Part shown: in pieces, positions 44,601 to 59,000 of the stretch
Layout of the letters: each line of letters starts with the position of its first letter
Numbering within the stretch: position 1 is the stretch's first letter
NCBI GenBank assembly: GCA_035327585.1
Contig: DAOLDD010000013.1
Location: forward strand, 5,174-69,173
Source of the DNA: Kiritimatiellia bacterium
GTDB taxonomy: Bacteria; Verrucomicrobiota; Kiritimatiellia; CAIVKH01
DNA length: 64,000 bases
Direction of reading: 5' to 3'
Position numbers and translations under genes: made by a program
The notes under the pieces: model-generated
The model's database searches: none
Told to the model about the DNA's origin: nothing
What the model saw: the letters and a program-made list of their open reading frames with translations, nothing else

Positions 44601-46827
44601 TCACAACCTGCTGTCCATGGGCTTCGATCCGTATCACGGGTGGACCAGCACGGCTTCCGCCGCCTCTTACCTGGCCCGCACCAATTACGTCGGCGCCGAA
44701 CTGTGGGTGGGCGAGAACTTCGCCGTGCCCGACAGCCCGCTCCCGCTTCCGAATCGTCGCATGTCCGGCCTGCGCGTCGGCGCCTTCCAAGGCACGACCG
44801 GGCGCCTGACGATGCCGGTTGTGACGAATCCCGGCACGATCTTCGTCTGGGGTCGCTTGAGCGGCATCACGGGCGGCGGCACTCGCAACCTCCGAGTGGA
44901 AGGCACCACGAATGGCGTCGATTGGGCGGATTACGGTGAACGCACCGTGACGAACACCCTGTTCGAGCTCTTTAGCTGGAACATCAATCATGAAGGTGCG
45001 ATGACACTGCGCATCAGCCGGAGCGGATCCACCGAGCAGAACACGATTTACTTCGACGACATCAATCTGACGCGCATCGTCGAGTGGACGAATGTGAATG
45101 ACCTCGCCGTGTCGTGGGCGCCGGCTTCGGACACGAATTCGATTTACGAGTATCGCGGCATCACGAACGCGCAGCCCGTTTGGTTGGACGGGACCAACCT
45201 GGCGCAGGGTTTCTCGATCGCCACGACCAATGCGAATATACCGATGTCGGAAGGCGTCGTGACCGGTTTCATCCACGCGGTGGACGATGACAACGACCGC
45301 TCGAACGACCGTCTGCGGAACAGTGGCGCGCCGTATGTCGTGCGGATCGACCGGACCCCGCCGCTGCCGGTCCTTAACGCGACGAACGACATCACCGATC
45401 TCTCGGTGGATGAGACGTCCGAATTGAAGGTCACGTGGACACCGGCCGCCGGCGGGAACATGTTGGAAGCCGCCGGCTGGCGCGCGCTCGACAATGAGCC
45501 GCTGTCGCCGTGGGAAACCTACTACATCATGGTCCACGAGCTTGACGGCGGCGAGAACGAGGTCACGACCAACATCATCACGGCGACGAATGGCCCGCTG
45601 AATTTGGCGACCAATACGACCGCGTCGCTGGTCATCTCGAACCTGAACTTCGATTCGTTCTACCGGATCAAGATCGCGGGACGCGATCGCGCCGGCAACA
45701 TCGGGCCGTTCATGACGGTGACCGGCCTCACCGTGAACTTCCAGGTCACGCAGGGTCTGGCCCGGACCTCGGGCACGGTGACCAACGGCATCCGCCTCGC
45801 CTGGATCGCCGCGTCGAACCGCGTGTACGACACCTTGTATGTCGATGCCCGGAGCATGACCGATGCGATGAGCTCGCAGTGGGACTGGCTGGACCGGATC
45901 ACGAATAACATCGCGGAAGGCAACACGTTGCTGGACGAGGGCGGCGACAACCCGACCAACCGCTTCCGTGTGCCGCCCGCGGACCTCGCCTCGACGATGC
46001 GGTTCTACCGCGTTTCGCAGAAGGACATGTGGCAGATCAGCAATTCCATCCGTCGCGCCAGCCGCGAGGTCTATGTGACCAAGCCCATCCGGCTGGTGCC
46101 GGGCGAGAACTGGTACGGCACCTTCTTCGCGCCCGATACCGCGACGGTGTCCTATGTGTTCGGCACGAACCGGCTGCCGGCGGGTTCCGACTACGCGACG
46201 GCCACGAAGATTCACTGGTTCAGCCCGACCAACACTGGCGGCAGCTACAACTACGCGACCAACTCCATCGCGCTTGTCGGCAGCGGCATGTCCGGCGAGT
46301 GGTTGAGCTGGACCGGCGCGTGGGGCGCGTCCGCGAACAACATGCTGTTCCCGACCCACCAGGGCTTCATGCTCGAACTGCCGCCCGGCTCGCCAACCAT
46401 CCACCTGCCGGTCGTGGGTCGTGTGATCACCCAACAAGTGGTGCACACGATACCCGGGCGTGTAGGTTCCTTGGATGAGTGGCACGTCATGAACTGGAAC
46501 TACCCGGTCCGTATCCCCGTCACCGGATTGTTGCTGCGCGGTTCGGGGATGGTCGGAAACAATTCAGCCACGTTTGCCGACGAAATCAGGGTGCTGCGCA
46601 ACAACGGCAGTGGATCCATGACGCAGCCGCGGGGACGCTGGCGGTTGATGTCGGACCAGACGACGCTGGCCATCGTGGCCACAAACGAGTTCTACCCCTC
46701 GGCGAATATCAATACGCACTTCATCGAACCGGAAGATACGATCATCTTCAAGCGACGCGGGACGACCACCGTCTATTGGACCAACCGGGTCTACTACACC
46801 CCGCCGGGCAAGAATTTTGACCCATGA
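29623..46827 (+). CDS. Giant secreted/surface protein 1 (~5,730 aa) with autotransporter-associated beta-strand (PATR) repeats, FN3-like, BACON-like and jelly-roll modules, DDD repeats and a conserved C-terminal block
   Basis: Uninterrupted 17-kb ORF with a signal-peptide-like N-terminus. About 8 LTKxGxGTLxLSGxNTxSG repeats; FN3-type W...[10 protein letters not shown] units; VTNxG...WLTVxP BACON-like units. Start uncertain (29557 or 29623). Confidence 0.9.
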   Translation: MDVWGSDLSVGTLLKRLSLLKGVGVRRGRFGHAAGLLAAILSIGLPARIYAQETVYWRNGAGTDLWWNGGVNPWFRSCDSYWVDRPDRNQCFTYPGTTGPNEIHFDNGSDLTMTMNGAYFQVLRLLFDNGTGARTITADGSGGLDMRSGSGTTKIENNDADTQIINAPVVFYTTTEINPVQGDLTFRNNIYFKSNWLNVYGDNRKTLNLFSVLNTDGGNGGVAVKQHSLVNITNNNTITGAIVIEKGVVRLAGSTNAMGASGIITVGTNATLELNENVVWRPGVHINLYGNGTNGIGGLRKLTPSGDMTWPGSIAFSNATAIRVDGGNLTVTGVLSAASLWSKLGTGSLNLSANNTFSGNSIISGGVVRISHGNGLGDTSGSNIVVSGAALELTGGITSAERMAINGTGISSAGALRNISGNNTLSGAIAMGAASSIGVDADSLTLSGILSGGFALTKVASGTLTLGGNNTFSGGVTHNGSGGRINIGHANALGSGAYTINGASTEFDNSSGGSLSINNAFTLSNGSPTFIGSNPLAIGGAVTLSGANRTVTVNASTLTLSGNISESGSRLLTKAGSGTLTLSGNNAHSGGTTISGGTLNIGHANALGTGLFTTGGNTFDNSSGGSLTVANAVNFSGNPTFTGTQPLSITGTGLLSSAATRTITVTASTLTLAGSIGEDSAGRNLTKAGAGTLVLSGANVYGGVSTVSAGTLQIGAGSTSGSVAGNIANNSALIFNRSDDFSYAGIISGSGTLTKQGAGVLTLSGVNTFSGAATISAGTLRMGDAAALGTTAGNTTVSDGTVLDLNGQTVGAEPVVLNGHGISGAGALISGSGAASLSGAISLNTASAVGGANQVTLSGVISGGQLTKVGAGTTILSGNNTFTGDSIVSNGVLRITHANGLGTTAGSNIVVSGAAVEISGGVTSAERMAINGTGISANGALRSVSGANTFSGAIALGAASSVGVDADSLAMSGIISGAFSLTKVGSGLLTLSGNNTFSGGLVIPAGTVSATSDANALGGGGTGTVTLGDTGGSANAVLQGDGRTFANPITVASGSSGTATIRNNSGTTILSGGVTLNKPVRLVTGSTALNITGGLTGSSGVTVALDAGSGRVRLQTTSSPGFTGGVTLESGTLELSNANMLSSDNAVTMSAGSTLDLRAGNTIASLSGDGTITRGGGSPTLTISPSAGSTSFAGSLDNGAGTLALTKSGAGTQVLTGASTYSGNTTVSAGTLVQNGTNTSSAVSVSSGATLMGGGAIADLTVTGTVRPGNSASAIGRLAVASLTMNNGSAARFKLGDASNATDRDFISNSGSATINATSTIQLDDSQISNWDPSQSYSWDLIEGGISSVANFSLDDTTHFASSKAGGSFSLSASGGNLVLSFTPAAGEPATQATSITFSSVTVSSMTVSWTIGDGVNRIVVARAGGAVDADPSDSSTYTADTTFGSGSEIGTGNFVVSNGSGSSVTVTGLTANTVYHFRVYEYNGTAGNEDYLTSTASGNPASRTTLAAEPTTQASVVTFSSVGTTSMGVSWTDGNGANRLVIAREASAPSSGPVDGTSYTADSDFSGGGSSLGGGKVVYQGSGSSFTLSGLTAATRYYIQVFEYNGSGLALNYFTNTASGNPGDRYTLSTEPTGHAGSFAAVVASSSSIDLSWTAAAGPPSGYLILQRTGADPTGTPTDGQGYSVSDTIGDGTVAAIVTPGSATSTTISGLSAGTTYHFSIVPFNWDGANAQTYNYRTAATIPTANATTYAAEPNTQATSITFPARTKDSIDVSWTDGNGANRVVVAREGSAVDADPVDGTGYTADAEFGAGTEIGTGNFVVYSGSGSSFTATDLKTNTTYHFRVYEFNGSSGTANYNTNSATGNPASSATADNEPGIGVGSGISASTTVGTAPSAGSFVVTNIGGSLLSYVISDDVGWLAVTALTATNKSSGQTESHTVTYTVTGLHPGTSNATITVTQTGAGENAATNSPQTIPVTLTLNAIPDPTAVLINGEGPEFARLFWTKNASYDVMIVHRETNTPAVPANGTPYSVGDTYGSDGTRVLYKGAAATFEHVVRPGSTNHYTIYSINNDHYSAGVTGAATNPGYAANVTVESFAYTNALTMGSRNGGAGWSASWTANSGTFTVNTTQFTAISGYPSRAGNTITGNNASIRRDFTAITSGRIYVSFMLRTDNGGGSQYSGVSFFDGGTEEKFFGEGFSQVNQLTVGGAAGRQLANNTDYTIIAMYDFTSDMAKALLYTNATESIPTTEPVTWHVEESDASISSINRIRLESNVGTRWDEIRIATNYYELLQIEETEPALFVGPTNFSVTLMKGNASSNSFAVTNLGSKALLYTNTITYGSGSGWLTVAPTGGTIAGSATLIHTGVVSAVSQAAGTYVATNRVAGNQTNAAVDVVFAMTVTNIPPPTAVLATNDGAEMVRMSWTAAGSLNVMIVHRAGADLSADPTDNTPYSVNAALGGGTVIFNGSAASREHVVAPGTTNYYRFYSVNNNHYSPMVAVAATTTTYRTGEIVDQFAYTNGVGVNGLGGGQGWTNNWTATGPNIAADVVITNNDFMHPFKSNWPTRNANVLVLKTTNNSTYAARRNFAGITGGKVYIAAEYRRAFDEGPTDGKFSGIRVVDGTTEVAYFGERGGSGNEDIFGVSSSASATYGANDSFGPTTNFLIIGRYDFDTDVFSAIYFTTNDTLPVAEPAFLVSVTNSTITRIDGVQLVAGADNGWAGSVRFDEVRVATNWWELLGNTPAPPYATNYVVGNETNHVSDAQVNAGTFPVMMAFRAEGGVESTNTIPPYFIPNFDLFNPSGVQIVTDRVFSVFSYQDGGLTLIASNTTHSTVVPSGVVLGVHTARWSAISSNGFSAVDAATLSNGTAITFTVFDDDTTTPDPIGINSTNSGGGSSRLLHIAQGAANIGANGAASNNIQYTMTDAALTNTTAANPLFFWLGARDGSGLNRDTSNADTNSHLSIGSAIISNVANYDASRSSAFADTSAARATNVWTWTTAFSASQIENLVTNSAVAGSNAVVATWRDADADRANDSTILVHTQGWLRVTDDDTTPPTIQNFNIYGAQGSYTVRVDELTSGTGWSITGRVSDASGINVNGTNTVQPNNSPYFELWDPVGAMRFRKAFGDLSFADGGATSLSAVSNGAEVVSGVTFVDAGVWTARVVVADNDEDFGNNDHAIGTNEISFTVVLGATLGGLGSSPGHFAVTSSFGTVTSTNPWPQFFVTNIGSGTLNYNAGVSYSGAGGWLTVTPTNGSLAGTGAWRSHTNSIDASSLSPGTYTATITLNGDQTNAAQTITVTLRVFGYYPGEIVDQFTNSSGSLEGMIGGTGWSGAWDNNPDVGFSIDSGNLTVPGNYPAAAGNKVCGNTASDTELRVFRAFGTTFSTGKVFMAMAMRKSDGDPNGFNGISFMSNSTEVAFAGKLFGSQFFGLDLGANGGSAASAFGVNGSGDPGYFYIGMYDFSANRFYGRAYNNSDSLPVTEPTWSATGTPTVAIGSINGLRIAARNEGTFCFDEVRAASSWEGLLNQFTNEPNVHASGINFREVTPSTMIVGWTPGNGANRIVIAREGSAVTLSPTDSVSYAFNSDFTLAPDFGGNRVVYNGGGTNFTLGGLTATTRYFFAIYEYNGATPNYFTNAGFATGSRWTIATEPANPIVTFDAYPASDTTMTNKWTLPGGTPEPDGYLILRRQGSAVVDFPVDGVGYTNNQLLPNARVALVTPGTAIEFLQSNMTSCLTYHFKIFPFRWNGTDGETYNYLTNSAATASAETDCTAPTLQASNIVFSLTGTNRITLSWERGNGQASLLVVRGTNAVSADPSDGTTYTASANYGSGSHLGGGNYVAYLGTGSTLTVTGLVPNVTYHFRVYEYNGSGSGIDYNTNTAVNNPRSTATASFGIVEDKFVWNYFGDYANNNLSGASTGTGWTNSWTTYGGYVAVDDANSPAFKGYPADTRSGCGNDCNDSRQVKIVTVSDTSYGARRYFPARTSGKIYAAVKINIQDPSDTASWAGLSFMDGATEVGFLGKGFGNTFDLTLDDNNGNVRTNTTFNNNSSWQLFGGVPYLIVLQYDFDNQILRGMGLSTSLIPPAIPELELGWNVEIPNVTISRIDGIRIGGRNVGDLIFDHIRVGPSWEEVVWNLPAGWHEDNGPVPTLVYIGTNYNSAVYDLVITNLSDAELKSSQLIDFAVRWESPAYGVFLTNSVGTNRNQGSKNARVSPNWDPLAVGVASNMFGLDRYFTNHFGFNGASVVTTFQKNGFSVTNIDFDVQYFVTVSAETDPGGSTVSPFYGGSGWDNVPVTRALTINEPLRFYVYDDDTNAPVRGSRPLRVLTNATIASAQTAGEFERYFVYDGVLTQAGMRVQLNAFDSYSGLQRAAGGSPTTNMSITIPYVATNDTDNFSPSMSSDFDDSRTATATSTWAFADSLFTWDRVTAMWGGDGSGEQGQDLEVLATIPDADDDRVDDQMFTSNAVMGYIRLLDDDIAPPAVGTIPLAVTLGAATIAPSNTGSLVAGWNFNSSDISVSHGAGTLSTNNFTGGITFGLGTTLNAVSGDPAGNDLLITGNSQNGRYLQFQVSMAGQVSLVLSFAMQRSAANGFTSCQVSYSVDGVTFTNFGAAITPADSYTAYSVDMSGVNALNNQAAVYIRLTVDGATSGGGTIRFDNFQFRSGYYYELTDGLLATVAATNALNFTLNFFDSASGVSRGNNPAIHTHVNISGLATNDPNYNAARSSTNTSVNTSTTTWSFTSFSYSQIGDLYAQGTNNRAIYANLVDDDNDRDNDRAWVTNRFFGQFRVIDDDTNTPVVANIRPGAGDASDRPFWVMTNSATPTRLGTAYDGTVRDSRRSGTGTNSVFVLSDAEMLNAGNRGIRFAFGAQDVGSGLARGNSGTTNQVMSFSVGTNIVGEITHFDASLSTAGNPLVNTTNIWVFTDLTWGEADIDGMMAAGEMPVRVTIPDLDNDRANDAAVLYSTQVGFLKVVDDDIEPPYLPSLQIGPAGSHNLLSMGFDPYHGWTSTASAASYLARTNYVGAELWVGENFAVPDSPLPLPNRRMSGLRVGAFQGTTGRLTMPVVTNPGTIFVWGRLSGITGGGTRNLRVEGTTNGVDWADYGERTVTNTLFELFSWNINHEGAMTLRISRSGSTEQNTIYFDDINLTRIVEWTNVNDLAVSWAPASDTNSIYEYRGITNAQPVWLDGTNLAQGFSIATTNANIPMSEGVVTGFIHAVDDDNDRSNDRLRNSGAPYVVRIDRTPPLPVLNATNDITDLSVDETSELKVTWTPAAGGNMLEAAGWRALDNEPLSPWETYYIMVHELDGGENEVTTNIITATNGPLNLATNTTASLVISNLNFDSFYRIKIAGRDRAGNIGPFMTVTGLTVNFQVTQGLARTSGTVTNGIRLAWIAASNRVYDTLYVDARSMTDAMSSQWDWLDRITNNIAEGNTLLDEGGDNPTNRFRVPPADLASTMRFYRVSQKDMWQISNSIRRASREVYVTKPIRLVPGENWYGTFFAPDTATVSYVFGTNRLPAGSDYATATKIHWFSPTNTGGSYNYATNSIALVGSGMSGEWLSWTGAWGASANNMLFPTHQGFMLELPPGSPTIHLPVVGRVITQQVVHTIPGRVGSLDEWHVMNWNYPVRIPVTGLLLRGSGMVGNNSATFADEIRVLRNNGSGSMTQPRGRWRLMSDQTTLAIVATNEFYPSANINTHFIEPEDTIIFKRRGTTTVYWTNRVYYTPPGKNFDP

Positions 46828-46848
46828 TTTTGATTTCCAACGAGTTGC

Positions 46849-46886
46849 GAAAACCCGCGCTGGCATCCAGACGCGGGTTTTCTATT
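46849..46886. terminator. Intrinsic terminator after giant protein 1
   Basis: GAAAACCCGCG-CTGG-CAT-CCAG-A-CGCGGGTTTTC followed by TATT. Confidence 0.75.
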
Positions 46887-47033
46887 CACTAGCAGAATTC
46901 TAACGCAATATTCACGAGCGGGTGACTTTTTGCGAACAGGGGTGGGGAATGATTCCGGCGTTGAGGGGGCTTTTGGTTTGCGCGTCCATTTCTGACCGCT
47001 CGATAGGCGCGCGCACGAATGCGGGTGGAAAAA

Positions 47034-47080
47034 TTTACAGACGTTGGACGTGATGGGTAACGGCTTTTACAGACGTTGGA
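47034..47080 (+). repeat. Direct pair of TTTACAGACGTTGGA overlapping the start of giant protein 2
   Basis: Identical 15-mers at 47034-47048 and 47066-47080 (32-bp period); near reverse complement of the 17759/17790 motif. Confidence 0.75.
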
Positions 47081-50000
47081 AAACGCAATATGGCGCGAGA
47101 CGCTTGCTGGGCGTTCTGCTGCTCGTTGCAGGTACGTGCGGCGCTCCACTGGCGCGCGCCGGCTACACGAACGATTGGGAGGCCACGTCGAATAAAACCG
47201 CTTATGGAAGCGGCAACCTGACCGTGGACGGCATCACCTGGCAATTGGTGGAGGCACTGGCCACGACCGGCGACAGCAGCGATTTCAAAAATGGTACGCG
47301 TTCCGCGCGAGGACGCGGATACGGCGTATCCGAAATCACCATGCTCGGCGATAAGTCTGGAGGGGTGGGCTATGTGACGTTCCAACATCGCCGTTATGGC
47401 ACCGATGCGCAGGTGGCGTGGGTGACCGAATACAGCACCAACAGCGGGTCGTCATGGACGGCCATCGGATCGACATTCACCCCCGGCGCCTCCGTGGACG
47501 TGTTTTCCAACAACGTTAATATCGCCGGAAATGTGCGCATTCGCATTCGAACGGATTCCTCCAGCGGTACCGCGAATCGCCGGGCGAACTTTGACGACAT
47601 CATCCTTTCAGATTACGCGTCCGTGACCGTGCCCACCGTCACCACCTTGGCCGGCACCGCGACGAACACGACCACCGCGACGGTCGGGGGCAATGTGACG
47701 GATGATGGCGGGGCAGCGGTGACGAATCGGGGCGTGGTCTATAAGACGACTGCGGGTGTGACGATCGCGGACAACAAGACGCAGTCGGGCAGCGGGACGG
47801 GCAGTTATACGGTCGATTTGACCAGCCTGTCGGTGAACACCCGGTACTACTTCCGCGCGTATGCCCAGAACAGCGAGGGCACCTCGCTCGGCAGTGAATT
47901 GGAGTTCTGGACCTGGGCGAATGTGCCGTCCGCGCCGACGGTGGATAACCCGACGACGTCTTCGTTGGACGTGAACGTGAATGTGAACGGAAACTCGGCG
48001 AGCACCCTCTTTTCGATCCAGGCGACGAACAGCAGCCTTTTCGTCCAGACCAACGGCACGCTCGGCGCGTCGGAGCACTGGCGCACGGATGCGGACTGGG
48101 GAACGATCACCGTGACCGGCCTCTCGCCGAGCCAGCAATACGGGTTCCGGGTCCGGGCGCAAAATGGGCAGGGGACGCTGACGGCGTACAGCACGGTGGC
48201 GAACGGCACGACGTCGGCGGGTTCCGTTCCGCCCACGGTGACGACCGCGGCGGGTACGGCGACCAACACCACCACGGCGACGGTGGGCGGCAATGTGACG
48301 GCGGATGGCGGCGCCACGGTCACGAACCGGGGCGTTGTGTACAAGACGACGGCGGGCGTCGCCATCACGGATAACAAGACCCAGTCGGGCTCCGGCACCG
48401 GCAGCTACACGGTCAATTTGACCAGCCTTTCGGTGAACCAGCAGTACTACTACCGGGCCTATGCCCAGAACAGCGCGGGTGACGGCTTGGGCAGCGAGTT
48501 GTCTTTCTGGACGTGGGCGAATGTGCCGTCCGCGCCGACGGTGAACAACCCGACGACGTCGTCGCTCGACGTGAATGTGAACGTGAACGGGAACCCGGCG
48601 GCGACGATCTTTTCGATCCAGGCGACCAACAGCAGTCTCTTCGTCCAAACCAACGGAACGCTCGGCGCGACGGAACACTGGCGCACGGATGCCGCGTGGG
48701 GAACGATCACGGTCACCGGGCTCGATCCCGGCCAGCAGTACGGCTTCCGCGTCCGCGCCCAAAACGGGCAGGGCACGCTGACGGCCTACAGTACGGTCGG
48801 CAACGGAACCACGCTCGCGACGACGCCCACGGTCACCACGGCGGTGGCGTCCGTGACCAACCAGATGACGGCGAATTCGGGCGGAAACGTAACTGCGGAC
48901 GGTGGCGCGACGGTCACCAACCGCGGCGTCGTGTGGGCGCTCTCGCCCGCGACGCCCACGGTGCCCGGCGCGCAAACGACCAATGGCACCGGCACGGGCG
49001 CCTTCACTTCGATCCTCACCAACTTGACACCCGGCGCGACCTACAACTACCGCGCCTTTGCCCAGAACAGCGCCGGCACCGCGTATGGAGCGCAGTACGA
49101 GCTCGCCACGCCCTGCTTCACCGGTGCGGTGCTCGGCCTCGTCGCCAGTGTGACGAACGATACGAGTTTCACGGCGGCGTGGACGGCGTTTGCTGGAGCT
49201 GGCGGGTATACGTTGGATGTGTCCACGAACGCCTCATTTTCCGTGGGTGGCGGTGGTCTGACCAATGTCTTCCGCGAAACCATGGGCTCGGTGGGCGGAA
49301 CGACAACGATCGCTGCGCATGAATCGGCCGATGGGTTCGATAACAACGACTACACCATGTCGTCCGGCGCCGCCGCCAATCCCGGCGATATTCGTGCGAC
49401 AAGCACATCCTCCGGCTACACAGATCCGGCCGGAAACGCGGCTTCAGGTAATGCGAATGTCTTTCTAACCTCCACCTCGGGAGATTATGGTTTCTCCATC
49501 GCGGGCATCGACACGACCGGCTATTCGGATTTGCTGCTGAGTTTTGGCTACCGCAAGGAAAGCGCCTCGGCCAATGCATCCTTCGTGGTTGAGTGGTCGA
49601 CCAACAACGCCTCGGCCTGGAACGCGATCACCGTGTCCAATATGCCGGCTGCCGGGGCGACCGCCGGCTGGTACATGATTTCCAATCTGGCCGTGTCCGC
49701 TTCGGCGGCAGGCACGACGAACTTGAGCCTGCGATGGGTCAAGTCCGGGACGACCGCGATGCGGCTGGACGACGTGTTGTTGCAGGGCAGCGCCGGTTCG
49801 CCCTCCTTTATCCCCGGCTATTCCAACCGCGTCGTGGCCGGGACCAGCCAGTCCGTTACCGGCCTGACGGCGGGATCGACCTACTATTTCCGCGTGTTGG
49901 CCACGAATGCGTATTGCACCTCGGATTATTCGAGCACGCAGTCGGTGACGACGACGGTCAGCGCGCCCGAAATCGCGGTCAGCGGCAATGGCAACAACAT

Positions 50001-53000
50001 CGCGGACGGGTCCGTCGCGCCAGCCATCTCCAACCACACGGACTTCGGTTCGGCCTCCGTCGCGGGCGGCACGGTCACCCGCACCTACACGATTACCAAT
50101 AGCGGTACGGCCAACCTTACTCTCGGCACGGTGACGACGAGCGGCACGCACGCGGCGGATTTTATTGTCACCGCGCAGCCGTCCAGCCCGGTCACGCCAG
50201 GCGGAAGCACGACGTTCCAGGTTCAGTTCGACCCGTCGGCCACGGGGACCCGTTCGGCGACCGTCAGCTTTACGAACAACGACGCGGATGAGAACCCCTT
50301 CAACTTCGCCATCCAAGGAACGGGCACCGCGCCGGAGATCGCCGTCAGCGGCAATGGGAACGATATCGCCGACGGCGATTCGACGCCGAGTCTGACGGAC
50401 CACACCGATTTTGGCGATGTGCTCGTCGATGGCGGCACGCTGACCCGGACCTACACCATCACCAATAGTGGCAACGAAAACCTGACGCTCGGTACGGTGA
50501 CCACGAGCGGCACGCACGCTGCGGATTTTATTGTCACCGCGCAGCCGTCCAGCCCGGTTGCGCCCGGCGGCAGCACCACGTTTCAGGTGCAGTTCAACCC
50601 GTCCGCCGTGGGCACGCGCACGGCGGAGGTCAGCTTCACGAACAATGATGCGGATGAAAATCCGTTCAATTTCACCATCCAGGGCACCGGTACCGCGCCG
50701 GAGATTGCGGTCAGCGGGAACGGGACGGATATCGCGGACGGCGACAATACGCCTTCCACGCTGGATGGCACCGATTTCGGCAGCGTGTTGGTCGGGAATC
50801 ACGTGGACCAGGTCTTTGTCATCACGAATAGCGGAACTGCATCGTTGACGGTCGGGAACGTGACGACGAGCGGCACGCACGCCGCGGACTTCATCGTCAC
50901 GGCGCAACCGTCGTCGCCTGTCGCCGCCGGCGGAAGCACCACGTTCACGCTGCGGTTCCTGCCCGGCGCGTCCGGTGTTCGCTCCGCCGCCGTCAGCTTC
51001 ACCAATGGCGACAGCGACGAGGACCCCTTCAACTTCAGTGTGCAGGGCAACGGCGTGCTGGCCGCGCCAAACATTGTGTTGCTCGGCACCAATGGCGCGA
51101 CGATTGCCAAGGATGACGTCACCCCGGACGTCGCGGACGGCACGGACTTCGGCTCCGCCAACGTCATCGGCGGGACCGTGACGCGCACCTTCACCATCAC
51201 GAACAACGGGACGGCTTCGCTGACCATTTCCGGGATTACGACCAGCGGCACGCACGCGGCGGACTTCGAGGTGACGACCGCGCCGGGCGGCAGCGTGGCG
51301 GCGGGTGCGACGACGACGTTTGTGGTGACCTTTGATCCCGCGGATCGCGGCCTGCGTGAGGCCACGTTCAGCATTGCCAACAACGACGGGCCGAACAACC
51401 CCTACACGTTTGCCGTGCAAGGCACGGGACTCGCGCCGGAAATCGCCGTGAGCGGAAACGGCAACAACATCGCGGACGGTTCCGTGACGCCCGCGCTCTC
51501 CAATCACACGGATTTTGGCAGCGCCGACATCGCGGGCGGTACGGTGACGCGAACCTTCACGATCACCAACATCGGCAACGCCAGCTTGACCATTGGCTCG
51601 GTCAGCACCAGCGGCGCACACGCCGCGGATTTCATCGTGACGGTGCAACCCGCCGGCACGCTCGCGGTGAGCAATAGCACGACCTTCCAGGTTCAGTTTG
51701 ACCCATTTGTCGCCGGGACGCGCTCGGCGACGCTAAGTTTCAGCAACGGCGACCCGGATCGCGATCCATTCTCCTTCGACATTGAGGGCACGGGTGTCGT
51801 CAATCCCGAGATCGCCGTGCTGGGCACGAACGGCGCCCTGGTGGCGGATGGCGACAACACGCCCAGTTTCGCGGATGGCACGGATTTCGGCGCCACTGCG
51901 GTGACTGGCGGCCAGGTCGATCGCACGCTCTTCATCACGAACTCCGGCTCCGGCGCGCTGACGATCACCGGCGTGACCACTTCCGGCGCGCACGCCGCGG
52001 ACTTCGTGGTCGTGAGCTGGCCGGCCCTCGTGGATGCGGGCGCGCGGTCCAACCTCGTCCTGCGGTTCGATCCAACGGCGTCCGGCGTGCGCACAGCCGC
52101 GGTGGTGATCGCCAGCGATGACGCGGATGAGGCCAGCTATGACTTCGCGGTGCGCGGTACGGGCCAGGTTCCGCCCACCGTCACGACGACGATCGCCTCT
52201 GCGACGAACCAGACCACGGCGACCGCAGGCGGCAACGTGACGGCGGACGGCTTCGCGACGGTCACCAACCGCGGCGTCGTGTGGGCGCTCTCGCCCGCGA
52301 CGCCCACCGTGCCCGGCGCGCAGACCACCAACGGCACGGGCACGGGCAGCTACAGCGCCACCCTTACGAATCTGATCCCCGGCGCCACGTACAACTATCG
52401 CGCCTTCGCGCAGAACTCCGCCGGCACCTCCTATGGCGCACAGACGAACCTCACCACGCCTTGTTTCAGCGGCGTGGTGACGGGTCTCGTGGTCACGGTC
52501 ACCAACGAAACCAGCTTCACGGCCGCGTGGAGCAACTTTGCGGGCGCGACGGGGTATGCACTGGATGTCGCAACCGTTTCCAATTTCAGCGGGGCGGCAT
52601 CGACGATCGGGCAGCAGGATTTCGAGGCCAGTCCCGCATCGCCTGTTGCCACCTACTCGGCATCCGGTGGCGGGATCGTCACGGGAGACTCGGCTTCCGG
52701 CGATCGCCCGGCCAGCAGTCCGTTTGCGAGCAGCGGAACAAATGCCTACAGCGTCAACAACGGCAGCGCGACGATCACGTTTGACGCGGTGGACACCAGC
52801 GGTTCGTCGGACTTGACCCTGTCGATGCGCGTTGCGTCGTTTTCCATCGCCTCCACGGGCAACGGCGCGGATGCGGGCGACATCGTCACCGTTTCGATCA
52901 GCCCTGACAACGGCGCAACCTACTACTCGACGCTGCGCATTCTCGGCAACAACAACGCCTACTGGAGCTACGCAGGCGGAACCGGTGTGGCTACGACGGA

Positions 53001-56000
53001 TTACGACGGCGATGTGACGCCCGTTGATTTCCAGCCCGCGGGCGGCGGCAATCGGACAACGGACGGCTACAGCACGGTGATCATATCCAATCTGCCTGCC
53101 GTGGCGCAGTTGCGCGTGCGTGTGGCGATGCTGAATAATGCAAGCGGCGAGCGCTGGACTGTTGACGACGTGGTGCTCAGCGGGTCCGCCGGCGGCTATG
53201 TGGCCGGTTACTCAAACCGCACCGTTTCGGGGACCAGCACGACCGTCACCGGTCTCACGGACGGCGTGACGTATTACCTCCGCGTCCGCGCCACGAATGA
53301 ATATTGCATCACCGACAATTCCTCCACGCAGTCCGTGACGACCACGATTGGCGCGGATGTCGCGGCGCCATCACTCTCCGGGTTCAACATCGACGCGGCG
53401 AGCTTCACCGACTTCCAGATTCGCAATGGGTTCTCCGTCACCGGCCTTGTGTTCGACGCGGGCGGCGTATCCAACGCGACGCACACGCCGTACCTGTTCC
53501 TCAAGAACAACTCGAACAACACGATCCTCGCCTCCAACAAGTTCGATGTCGCGCCCGCGAACGGGACGACGGTGCTGAGTCCCTTGTCGGAAACGGTGCC
53601 CGGCGCGGCCTACACGAATGTCACGCTGGGCAGCTACACCGGCACGGTCGGCGCGGCGGACCTGGCGGGCAACGTGGCGGTGTCAAATTTCATTTTCTCC
53701 GTGATCGACGACGATTCCACGCCGCCGACGATTTCGAGCGCGGACTTCACCTACGGCGGGGTTGGCAGCCGCTACTTTGCGATCACTACGAACAGCACCC
53801 CGGCCACGGTCACCAACCGCGCGGGTACGTTCGCCAACGTTCGCTACACGTTGACGGACGAGGAACTGGCCCAGGCCAACGCCCGCGACCTGCGCTTCGC
53901 CTTCGGCGTTCGCGACGCGGACAGCGGCATCGCGCGCGGCACCGCCGGCACGACGAACACGGTGATGAGTTTCAGCCTCGAAAATGCCGTATCCGGCAAC
54001 TTCACCAACTATCGCGCGGACTTGAGCAGCGCCAACTACACCAACGCCCGCACGACGAACGTCTGGTCGTTCCCCTTGGGCTTCTTCACCGAATCCATCA
54101 TCAACAACCTGATGGCGGCCTCCTCCAACCGCGTCACGATCACCGTGCCGGACGACGACAATGATCGGACCAACGACCAGGCACTGCTGATCAGCGAGAC
54201 GGTGGGGTGGGTGACGGCGGTGGATGACGACACGGTTCCGCCGGATTTGTCCAACATCCGGATCGGCGCCGTCGGCGGTTCTGGAGCTGCGGCGCCCGTG
54301 TGGGTGGAGACGATGGGCACAGTGGGTGGAGCCACAGCCATCGCAGCCTATGAGTCCGCCAATAATTTTGACAACGATGCGCAAACGATGAGCGGTTCGG
54401 GCGGATCGGGCGAAGGCATCTACAGCACGGTCAATTCCAGCGGGTATACCAATGCATCCGGAAGCGCCAATCTTCGCTTCGGGGGCTATGGGCAGTTTCT
54501 CCAAATCGATGGTCTCGACATGAGTACGAACGCCAATGTGTCGATGTCCTTCGGCATCAGCCTTGGCGCGGGCTCGGCAAACAACGACCACATCAAGGCG
54601 GAATATTCAACGAATGGGACCGATTGGGTGGACCTGCCGTTTTCGGTGGATGCGACAACGAGTTGGCAGCTGGTGGAGCCGTCCGGGACCATCCCGTCGT
54701 CCGCCGGTTTGAGTATTCGCCTGCGCCGCACCTCCACCGGGACCGCTGGATGGGACTTCCGAATTGACGATATCACCCTCTATTCCACTGCGCCTTCGGT
54801 CACCAACCTCACGGACGGCCAGCTTTTCGCCGGCGTCGCGCTCACCGGTCTCGTGCAGGACGCCTACAGCGGCATCTACGGCACCAACCACACCGGTGCG
54901 TTTGCGCCCACGGTGACGGTGTTCAATGCGACCGGCGGGATCGTCTATGGCGCGCGGTTTGCAGGCGGACCGGCCAATGGCGGCGCGCTCACGGCGACGC
55001 CGTTCTCGAATCTGGTATCGCTGGCGACCAACGACATCGCCATCGGCGCGACCTACACCTCGCGCGTGGTGGTTTGGGATTATGATTTCGACCGCACGGG
55101 CGACCAGCTTTCGTCCACGCAGCAGGTGGCCTTCACGGTCATTGACGATGATACCAACGCGCCCGCAGTCAGTGGCTTCAGCCTCGGCGGCGCGACCACA
55201 AACTACGACCTGAGTTTCAGCTCAATCGCCCTCACCGGCACGATCACCGACGCGTCCGGCGTGCAGTACGGCGGCGCCTCCTATTACCTTGTGTTGGGCG
55301 GCAGCGGCGTGGTGCAGAGCAACGCCCTCTTCGCCGGCGCGGGGAACGCCGCGACCGGGACGATCACGGACGCGGGCCTGCTGTGCGGCCAGGATTATAC
55401 GATTCGCGTCTTCGCGATCGATGCGGACCTCGACCGCGCGAACGACCAACTCTCGACCACGCAGAACGTCCTCGTCATCCGCACCATCGGCGTCGGCGGC
55501 CCGGCGGACTTCCCGATTGCCAGCAACCTGCTGGTCAACGGGACTGCGGCATCCCCGGCGGTGACGTTGACTGACGCGAACATCGCGACCGGCGGCTGGT
55601 CGCTGGCCATGAATCTCAGCCATCCCGTGGGCGTCCAGACGAATGCGACCTCGCCGTCGTTCCGTGTAACAAACAGCGTGGGCGAGGTGCTCGGCAGCAT
55701 CCCGTGGAGCAACGGCGTCCTCTCCGGGCAGACCTACTTCTTCACCAACAGCGGCCTACCCGCGGTTTCCTACGCCGCGGTGGAGACCGGCCTGCATCAC
55801 GTGGTCTGGTCCGCGCTCAACGCGGGTTCGTGCGTGGCGAACGTGATCGACCGCGGAATCATTGCCGGTGGCACGAACAGCTTCACGGTGGTTGACGACG
55901 ATTCGGCGCCGCCGGTCTTGAGCGGATTTGCCGCGCCAGGCGGGGCGACCATTGATGTCTCCGTTGCACTTTCCGGGTTCACGGTCACCGGATTGGTGCA

Positions 56001-59000
56001 GGATGCCGGCAGCGGCGTCGCTTTCACCAGCCGTCCCCCATACTTCCTGTTCCTCAACACGGACGGGGCGGTCCTCGCGAGCAACGCCTTCAGCGGACAT
56101 ACCGAAGGCGCGGGCCTCGCATCGGCCGTGGCGCTGACCAACTGGTTCAGCGGCCTGACGCTGACCTGCGGCAACAGCTACACCGTGCGCGTCGTGGCAG
56201 CGGATGCGGACAATGACCGCGCGAGTGACGCTGCCGTGGGGACGAATGACGTCCTCGTGATCGTGACCAGCGGGTCGGACGGCGACGCGCCGACGGCGGC
56301 AGACCTCTTCGTGAACAACACGCCCGCGGCCTCGGCCACGCTTACCGACCAGAATATTGCGACGGGCGGCTGGCGGGTGGCGCTGTCCTTCACGCACATC
56401 TCGGGCGACATTGTGACCAACGGCGTCGATGCGCCGTCCTTTGCGGTGCGGAACGCGGACGCGGTGGATGTATACGGCCTGCTCGCGTGGAGCAACATCA
56501 CGAAGTCCGGCGCCACGTACTACGCGACCAATCACCCGATGATGTCGGCCGATACGAACCTCGTGACCACGGGACTCTACACGCTCGTTTGGTCGGCCCG
56601 CAGCGAAGGGTTGTGCTTCGGGCTGACAAATGGGAGCACGCTCGTCTCGCCCGGCACCAACACCTTCCTGGTCGTGGACGACGATGTGACGCCGCCGGAC
56701 CTGTATGGCGTCAACGTCGGCGGCGGCACGGGCACGGGCTGCGGCGGATCGGGCGGCAACTGCCCCGATCCCACCCGCACGAACCTGATCGCGGGCGACA
56801 TCGCGATCTTTGCCATGAACACGCTCACCACGGGAGGCATCGGAACCAATGTCTTGTTCAATTCCGATTCCTTCGCGTTCGTCACCCTGGTCGACATCCC
56901 GACGGGAACCGAGATCAAATTTACGGATAACGGCTGGCGAAGCAGCACGGCGTCGTTCCGGGCCAACGAAGGCATCCTGACCTGGCGCGCGACGAATTGC
57001 GTGCCGGCCGGCACGGTGGTCCGGTGGATCGCGACCAATACGCCCGTTTTCAATGTCGGGGTGCTGCAGTCCGTCGCGGGTTCCTTCGCACCCAATATCC
57101 AGGGCGAACAAATCCTTGCGTATCAGGGGCCGAACAACGCGCCCAACTTCATCTATGCCGTCAACGACCGGTTGGATGGCATCTGGGATATCGATGCCGT
57201 GGATTCCCATTCGTCCGCCCTGCCCCCCGGGCTGATCGACGGCTACACCGCCGTCGCGGTGGGTGAGTTCGACAACATCATCATCGATACGAACAACCTG
57301 TCGATCAGCGGCGGTCGCGATGCGGTGCTGTTCTACATCGGCGGCGCGGACAACTGGATCGGCAGCGACTCCACGCCCTACAACCTGGCGCTCTTCAATT
57401 TCACCTTCCCCGACCTGTGCGCGGCGGGCGGCGTGATCACGGATGGCGACCTGCTGGCCGGCGGCTGGAGCATCACGGGCTTGGTGCAGGATGTGAACAG
57501 CGGCTTGCTCGTCAGCAATGCGGCCGGCGTCCGCTACATGGTGCTGAACACCAACAGCGGCGTGGTCGTCTCGAATTATTTCACCACGACGTTTGCGTCG
57601 GGCTCGACGTTGTTGCACGGCCTGTCCAACGCCATTCCCGGCGGCGACTACTTTGCGATTCAACTTGGTTCGCTTACCGCGCGCCTGTTCGCCGCGGATG
57701 CCGACAACGACCGTCCGAATGACAGCGCTGAACGCATGACCAACGTCGCCTTCACCGTCGTGGACGACGACACCGATCCTCCGCAGATCGGCTTCTTCTT
57801 CGTCAACGGCCAGACCACGATCACCAACGCCGCCGACCTCCTGTCGATGGTGATTTCCGGCCAGGTCCGCGACGTGACCAGCGGCATCGGCTTCACCTCC
57901 GCGCCGCCCACCTATACCGTGCTCGACTCTCTGGGCTTCACCGTCGCCTCCGGCGGCTTCGCGAACACCCCGGGAACCGAGGGCGCGGGTCTGAACTGGA
58001 CCAGCATCTGGACGGCGCCGATTAATCTCGCGGGCATCGCCGATTGCGGCGTGTACACCGTGCGGGTCACCGTGGCGGACGCGGACAATGACCGCGTTGG
58101 CGACCGGCTCCAGACGAACCTCAACTTCATCATCAGCGTCACGACCGGGACCGGCGAGGAACCGGCCGCGAGCAACCTGCTTGTGAACACTTCGCCCGCG
58201 GACGTGGCGACGCTGACGGACGCCGAACTGGCGGCAGGCGGCTGGGATCTGGCCATGAGCCTGCATCATCCGATCGGCATCCGCTACGACAGCCCGTTCG
58301 AGCCCTCCTTCGAGATACGCGACCCGAACGCGGTCACCGTCATCGGACAGAACTGGACGAACATTGAAACCGTCGGCGGCACCGCCTACGTGACCAACTA
58401 CGGCCTGCCCGGCGTGGCCTACGCGAATGTGTTCACCGGTTTCTACACGGTCGCCTGGTCGGCGCGCAGCCAGGGCGCCTGCTACGGCGAGGTGTTCGAT
58501 GCGCTGTTCATCGGCGGCACGTCGAATCGACTCCGGGTGGTGGACGACGACACCACGGGCCCCACCGCCGCGAGCAACTTCGTCAACACGGCGGTCCAGT
58601 GGACCAACAACCCGGTCGTGACCTATACGTGGGATACGAGCTCCGTCCACGATGTGTCCGGTGTGTTCGAGTTTCGCATCCGGACGGATGGCCTGGCGCC
58701 GACCACGATGGCGGATGGCGTATCGGCGGGACTGACCAACACCATTACGCTCACCAACCTGAACGAAGGCGTGCTTACCAACTGGCTGTTCGCGATCGAT
58801 AACGACAACGATCGCGCGAACGACCGGGCGATGGGAGCGGCGACAACGACAGTGCTCTATCTCGATTTCACCGCACCGAGCCAGGTGACGGATTTTGTCG
58901 CGTCGCCCGGTGCGATCGATGATACCTCGGAAATCGACCTCACCTGGACGCCCCTGGCTGACGCCGGCAATCCTGACCTGTCGCCGTGGGACACCTACCG

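Noticed and set aside
29623-46827. Giant protein 1 as a classical autotransporter, or as a toxin (RHS/CDI/RTX)
   Set aside because: No C-terminal beta-barrel ending in an aromatic residue, no YD/RHS core, no GGxGxD repeats, no TpsB or immunity-like gene.
47090-47092. ATG at 47090 as the start of giant protein 2
   Set aside because: It is out of frame with the long ORF; the in-frame ATG at 47053 gives a plausible signal peptide.
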